Shown in pieces: positions 60,714-64,000 of a DNA stretch of 64,000 nucleotides (position 1 is its first letter; every line of letters starts with the position of its first letter). The DNA is taken from NCBI GenBank assembly GCA_040830765.1, contig JBFOMH010000012.1, positions 31,370 to 95,369 on the forward strand, written 5' to 3'. The translations under genes and the position numbers were made by a program. Source of the stretch: Puniceicoccaceae bacterium (lineage in GTDB: Bacteria; Verrucomicrobiota; Verrucomicrobiia; Opitutales; Oceanipulchritudinaceae). The notes below the pieces were generated by a model. It did not search any database, was not told the DNA's origin, and saw only the letters and a program-made list of their open reading frames with translations.

Positions 60714-61048
60714 GCCGCTATGTTCCCAGTTCGGGAGATTTGGTCTGGTTGACGTTCACCCCGCAAGCCGGCCATGAGCAAGCTGGCCATCGGCCGGCAC
60801 TTGTCATATCGCAAAAGAGCTACAACCAGCGGACCGGCCTGGCGTTGTTTTGCCCACTCACCTCCCGGGCAAAGGGCTACCCGTTTGAGGTGGAATGCAG
60901 GGGAACGAAAGTGAATGGGGTCGTCCTTGCCGATCAGGTCAAGAGCCTTGACTGGAAGGTCCGTAATGCCAGGCGTATTGAATCCGCACCCGATGGGGTC
61001 CTGGAAGAGGCACTAGCCAAGCTGAAGGCACTGCTCCCAGCGGATTGA
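60710..61048 (+). CDS. mazF: MazF/PemK-family endoribonuclease toxin
   Basis: GDLVWLTFTPQAGHEQAGHRPALVIS, CPLTS, KGYPFEV, DQVKSLDW. Confidence 0.94.
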   Translation: MSRYVPSSGDLVWLTFTPQAGHEQAGHRPALVISQKSYNQRTGLALFCPLTSRAKGYPFEVECRGTKVNGVVLADQVKSLDWKVRNARRIESAPDGVLEEALAKLKALLPAD

Positions 61049-61082
61049 GAATTCCATTCGCGCCCTTCGTAGTTTCTATTTG

Positions 61083-61205
61083 TAACCACGAAATACACGA
61101 AACACACGAAACCATTCCCCCTTCCGTGCTATTCCGTGTCTTCCGTGGTTAAAATCCCCATTAGCGGCATCCTAGTTAAATTCAGGCACCCGCTGCCCTT
61201 GCCCG
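61083..61205. repeat. Array repeat copy 2
   Basis: Near-identical to 60277-60400. Confidence 0.92.
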
Positions 61206-61268
61206 CTGCCCATGTCTCGCCACAGGATCGGCTTTGACATGTTCTCCACGAAATTCGAAACTGTCCGG

Positions 61269-61427
61269 ATGAAGCGATTTACCGCGGTCATCGAGCGCTG
61301 TACCGATACCGGCCTTTATGTTGGCTATGTCCCGGGACTCCCCGGCGCTCATACCCAGGCCGCTTCCCTCGATGAACTGAAAAGCAATCTCGAAGAGGTT
61401 ATCGCCCTCATATTAAACCACAGATAA
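61269..61427 (+). pseudogene. HicB-family antitoxin, apparently truncated; no hicA partner
   Basis: MKRFTAVIERCTDTGLYVGYVPGLPGAHTQAASLDELKSNLEEVIALIL; the frame runs into repeat copy 3 and stops at 52 aa. Confidence 0.7.
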
Positions 61428-61535
61428 CACGAATCCCTCGAATCCAATCCCCCTTCCGTGTTTTCTGTGTCTTCCGTGGTTGAAATCCCCAATCGCGGCA
61501 TCGTAGTTAAATTCAGGCACCCGCAACCCTTGCCG
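61415..61535. repeat. Array repeat copy 3 (left arm diverged)
   Basis: AAACCAC...TCTTCCGTGGTTGAAATCCCCAATCGCGGCATCGTAGTTAAATTCAGGCACCCGCAACCCTTGCCG. Confidence 0.9.
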
Positions 61536-61602
61536 CAGCGACTGCTGATTCCGATCCTCTCAATCCTGTCCGGATTGCTTGACACCTCGTTTTGAATTCA
61601 GC

Positions 61603-61938
61603 ATGTTAGATTTCAAGTTCTTTGAGTACGATTCCCAAAAGAGCGCCAGCAACCTGGCCAAGCATGGAATCGATTTTGAAGAAGCCCGGGAGCTGTGGAG
61701 CGGTCCCTGCGTGGAATACTCCCTGCCCTATTCCCATGAAAAGCGCTTCATGGTGATCGGTCGCCTGGGCGACAAATTCTGGAGCGCTACCATTACTTAT
61801 CGTCATGAAGTCATCCGCATCATCTCAGTCCGCCGGGCACGCCAAAAGGAAATTGCCCAATGGAAGCACCATATCCATCAGGAAGGGCCATGTAACCAGC
61901 CTCGACGGGAAACAGACGATCCCCCTTCAGGAGTTTGA
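61603..61938 (+). CDS. BrnT-family toxin
   Basis: FEYDSQKSASNLAKHGIDFEEA, EKRF, IRIISVRRAR..E. Confidence 0.88.
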   Translation: MLDFKFFEYDSQKSASNLAKHGIDFEEARELWSGPCVEYSLPYSHEKRFMVIGRLGDKFWSATITYRHEVIRIISVRRARQKEIAQWKHHIHQEGPCNQPRRETDDPPSGV

Positions 61939-62158
61939 CCGCCTGTTTGACGAGGGTTCGGATGCCATTGATGCATTTATCGACTATGCCAACCCGCGCA
62001 TCCGCCACGGGGGTGCCCGGCCTGGCGCCGGTCGCAAGCCCTCCGGCCGGCGCCAGTTCACAATCCGGCTAAAACCGGAGATTCATGCCAAGCTGAAACA
62101 ACGCGCCCGCGCCCGCCAGCAAACTCTCGCCGAATACATCGAGAGCTTCGCCGGATAA
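61853..62158 (+). CDS. BrnA-like/ribbon-helix-helix antitoxin (start uncertain)
   Basis: EFDRLFDEG..I, GGARPGAGRKP, TIRLKPEIHAKLKQRA...TLAEYI; overlaps brnT 3' end. Confidence 0.7.
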   Translation: MPNGSTISIRKGHVTSLDGKQTIPLQEFDRLFDEGSDAIDAFIDYANPRIRHGGARPGAGRKPSGRRQFTIRLKPEIHAKLKQRARARQQTLAEYIESFAG

Positions 62159-62163
62159 GGGAG

Positions 62164-62219
62164 AAACCACTCGTACAATTCCTAGTTAAATTCGGGTACC
62201 CGCCGCCCTTGCCCGGCGC
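62164..62219. repeat. Array repeat copy 4 (hairpin absent, core retained)
   Basis: AAACCAC-9nt-TCCTAGTTAAATTCGGGTACCCGCCGCCCTTGCCCGGCGC. Confidence 0.85.
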
Positions 62220-62316
62220 CCAGTCCGGCCCGAAGAATATGCGCATGCCCGAGGCTCCTCACCTTCGTCACGACAAACCGTTTGACGCGACGTATAGTTT
62301 TTCTAATATGTACGTC

Positions 62317-62553
62317 ATGCAGCGAAAACTGACACTACGGATGGACGACGCGGTCATTCGCAAGGCCAAGCGGCTGGCGCGGAAGCGGGGTCAGTCGGTC
62401 TCCAGACTGGTCAGTGACTACGTGACCCGGGCCATTGAGGACGACAGAACGGCTCTTCCGCCGCAGACCGCTGCGATGGTTGGCATCCTCGGCAAGTCGA
62501 CCGATCTCACCGAAGCCGACTACCGGAAACATCTGGAGGAGAAACACCTGTGA
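62317..62553 (+). CDS. Ribbon-helix-helix antitoxin (DUF6364-like)
   Basis: MQRKLTLRMDDAVIRKAKRLARKRGQSVSRLVSDY, DYRKHLEEKHL; GTGA overlap with PIN gene. Confidence 0.85.
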   Translation: MQRKLTLRMDDAVIRKAKRLARKRGQSVSRLVSDYVTRAIEDDRTALPPQTAAMVGILGKSTDLTEADYRKHLEEKHL

Positions 62554-62948
62554 AGGTGATGCTCGACACGAATGTCATCCTTGATGTCTGGTTGGCCCGG
62601 GAACCCTTCTGGCGCGACTCCGCCAACCTCCTTGCCCGGATCGAGCGTAAGGAGCTGACGGGCGTCATCTGTCCGACCACTGTCACCACCCTACATTATT
62701 TGGCCCGGAAGGCCCTTGGCGAGCGCAAGGCCCGGCGCCTGGTCGGACAGCTGCTCGGCCTCTGCACAGTCGGCCGGGTCTCGGGGAAGACCCTGGAAAC
62801 CGCCCTCGAGAGCAAGGTCAAGGACTTCGAGGATGCCGTCATTGAGGCTGTCGCCCAGTCCAGCCGCGTCGATGTCATTGCCACCCGCGATCTGCGCGAC
62901 TTCCGTCACTCCCGCATCCCCGTCCGCGAACCCGACAAGGTGGACTGA
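62550..62948 (+). CDS. PIN-domain (VapC-like) toxin
   Basis: VMLDTNVILD, DFEDAV, IATRD.RDF. Confidence 0.9.
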   Translation: MKVMLDTNVILDVWLAREPFWRDSANLLARIERKELTGVICPTTVTTLHYLARKALGERKARRLVGQLLGLCTVGRVSGKTLETALESKVKDFEDAVIEAVAQSSRVDVIATRDLRDFRHSRIPVREPDKVD

Positions 62949-63074
62949 CTGGATTGATTAGCCTTGCTTTAGTGCCTAATCAGCCATTCTAATGAGGTAT
63001 GCCCGAATGGCACCCGCAGGCCAGCGCTTAGGAGGCGTAGCGGCCCGTTGAATCACCGAACCAAGGATACGTAC

Positions 63075-64000
63075 ATGAAGACGCACATTTCCCCATTCCT
63101 GAAGAGAACCGCCACCGCCCTGGCCTTGTTAATCCTGGCAGTCCCGCTCCACGCCGGAAGCGAGGGCGGCCAGCTGTTTGAGGACCTTGGCGATTACCGC
63201 CGGGACATGACGACCGATTCGGCGGAGGCCCAGGCCCTGTTCGACCAGGGGATCCAGCTCCTTTATGGATTTAACCACGACGAAGCGATCCGCTCCTTCC
63301 ATCTCGCGGCGGAGAAGGATCCCACCGCGGCCATGCCATGGTGGGGCATCGCCTATGCCCACGGGGTCAATATCAACGACCCGCAAATGACCGATGAGCG
63401 CTCCAAGGCGGCCCGCGAGGCAGCCGACAAGGCAATCGCCCTTGCCGGTTCGGCGACACCCGAGGAGAAGGCGCTCATCAAGGCGGTCTCTGCCCGTTAC
63501 GAGTGGCCGGCCCCTGAGGACCGCAAGCCCCTCGACCAGGCCTACGCCGATGCCATGCAGAAGGCCTGGGAGGCATTCCCCGATGATGTCGATATCGGGT
63601 CCATCTACGCCGACGCCCTGATGAACCTGCAACCGTGGGATTACTGGACCCATGATGGCGAGCCGAAGGGCCGGGTCCTGGAAATCGTCGAGGTGCTGGA
63701 GGATGTGCTGTCCAAGAACAAGGACCACCCGGGCGCCAACCATTTCTATATCCACACCGTCGAGGCCTCGAAGAATCCCGACCGCGCGGTTCCCGCTGCC
63801 GACCGTCTGAGCACCCTCGTACCGGGCTCCGGACACCTGGTGCACATGCCCTCGCATATTTACATCCGGGTCGGCCGCTATGCCGATGCCGTCGATTCCA
63901 ACAAGCAGGCCGTCGAGGTGGACCGGGCCTATTTTAAAATCGCCCCACCCCCGTCGATTTATGCCATTTACTACGCCCACAACCTGCACTTCCTCTGCTA
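63075..64000 (+). CDS. Secreted TPR-repeat protein (runs off the window end; absent from the ORF track)
   Basis: ATG at 63075 after AAGGA; MKTHISPFLK signal, AQALFDQG..LLYGFNHDEAIRSF, WWGIAYA.G.NIN, HPGANHFYIH..E, GHLVHMPSHIY. Confidence 0.88.
   Translation, partial: MKTHISPFLKRTATALALLILAVPLHAGSEGGQLFEDLGDYRRDMTTDSAEAQALFDQGIQLLYGFNHDEAIRSFHLAAEKDPTAAMPWWGIAYAHGVNINDPQMTDERSKAAREAADKAIALAGSATPEEKALIKAVSARYEWPAPEDRKPLDQAYADAMQKAWEAFPDDVDIGSIYADALMNLQPWDYWTHDGEPKGRVLEIVEVLEDVLSKNKDHPGANHFYIHTVEASKNPDRAVPAADRLSTLVPGSGHLVHMPSHIYIRVGRYADAVDSNKQAVEVDRAYFKIAPPPSIYAIYYAHNLHFLC

Noticed and set aside
60324..61585. Small minus-strand ORFs containing CLNLT.MPR.GISTTEDTE
   Set aside because: They are translations of the DNA repeat itself, not supported as proteins
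60277..62219. Canonical integron attC sites or CRISPR repeats
   Set aside because: No proper RYYYAAC box, conservation extends ~55 bp beyond the hairpin's GTT, no intI in the window, and the intervening segments are gene-sized
63129..63989. 286-aa minus-strand ORF
   Set aside because: Shadow of the plus-strand TPR gene starting at 63075, which the track missed because it has no stop in the window

Overview
Bacterial chromosomal window, most likely a marine Verrucomicrobiota (Opitutales/Puniceicoccaceae-like). This is inferred from the Opitutae-style TonB-dependent receptor, the PEP-CTERM proteins and the sulfatase richness. It has four parts. (1) 1-11.5 kb is housekeeping: gcvT, gcvH, yajC-secDF-recJ, glyQS, gltX and two REP-like palindrome clusters. 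(2) About 11.6-50.9 kb is a large sulfated-galactan utilisation locus, probably for carrageenan: 4 GH16, 1 GH127, 5 sulfatases, a TBDR, sugar transporters and a dauABCD-like 3,6-anhydrogalactose catabolic operon. It has an unusual IclR-effector/AraC-HTH regulator and a tandem operator motif readable at six promoters. (3) 51.5-57.1 kb is a three-gene operon of secreted proteins: a Calx-beta/TSP3 protein, a 1099-aa coiled-coil protein resembling a TcA-like pore former, and a tail-fibre-like protein. (4) 60.3-63.0 kb is an array of four unrelated toxin-antitoxin modules, each preceded by a copy of the same ~120-bp structured repeat and its own promoter. It looks like a cassette array, but no integrase is present in the window. 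All assignments come from reading motifs by eye; no database searches were run.
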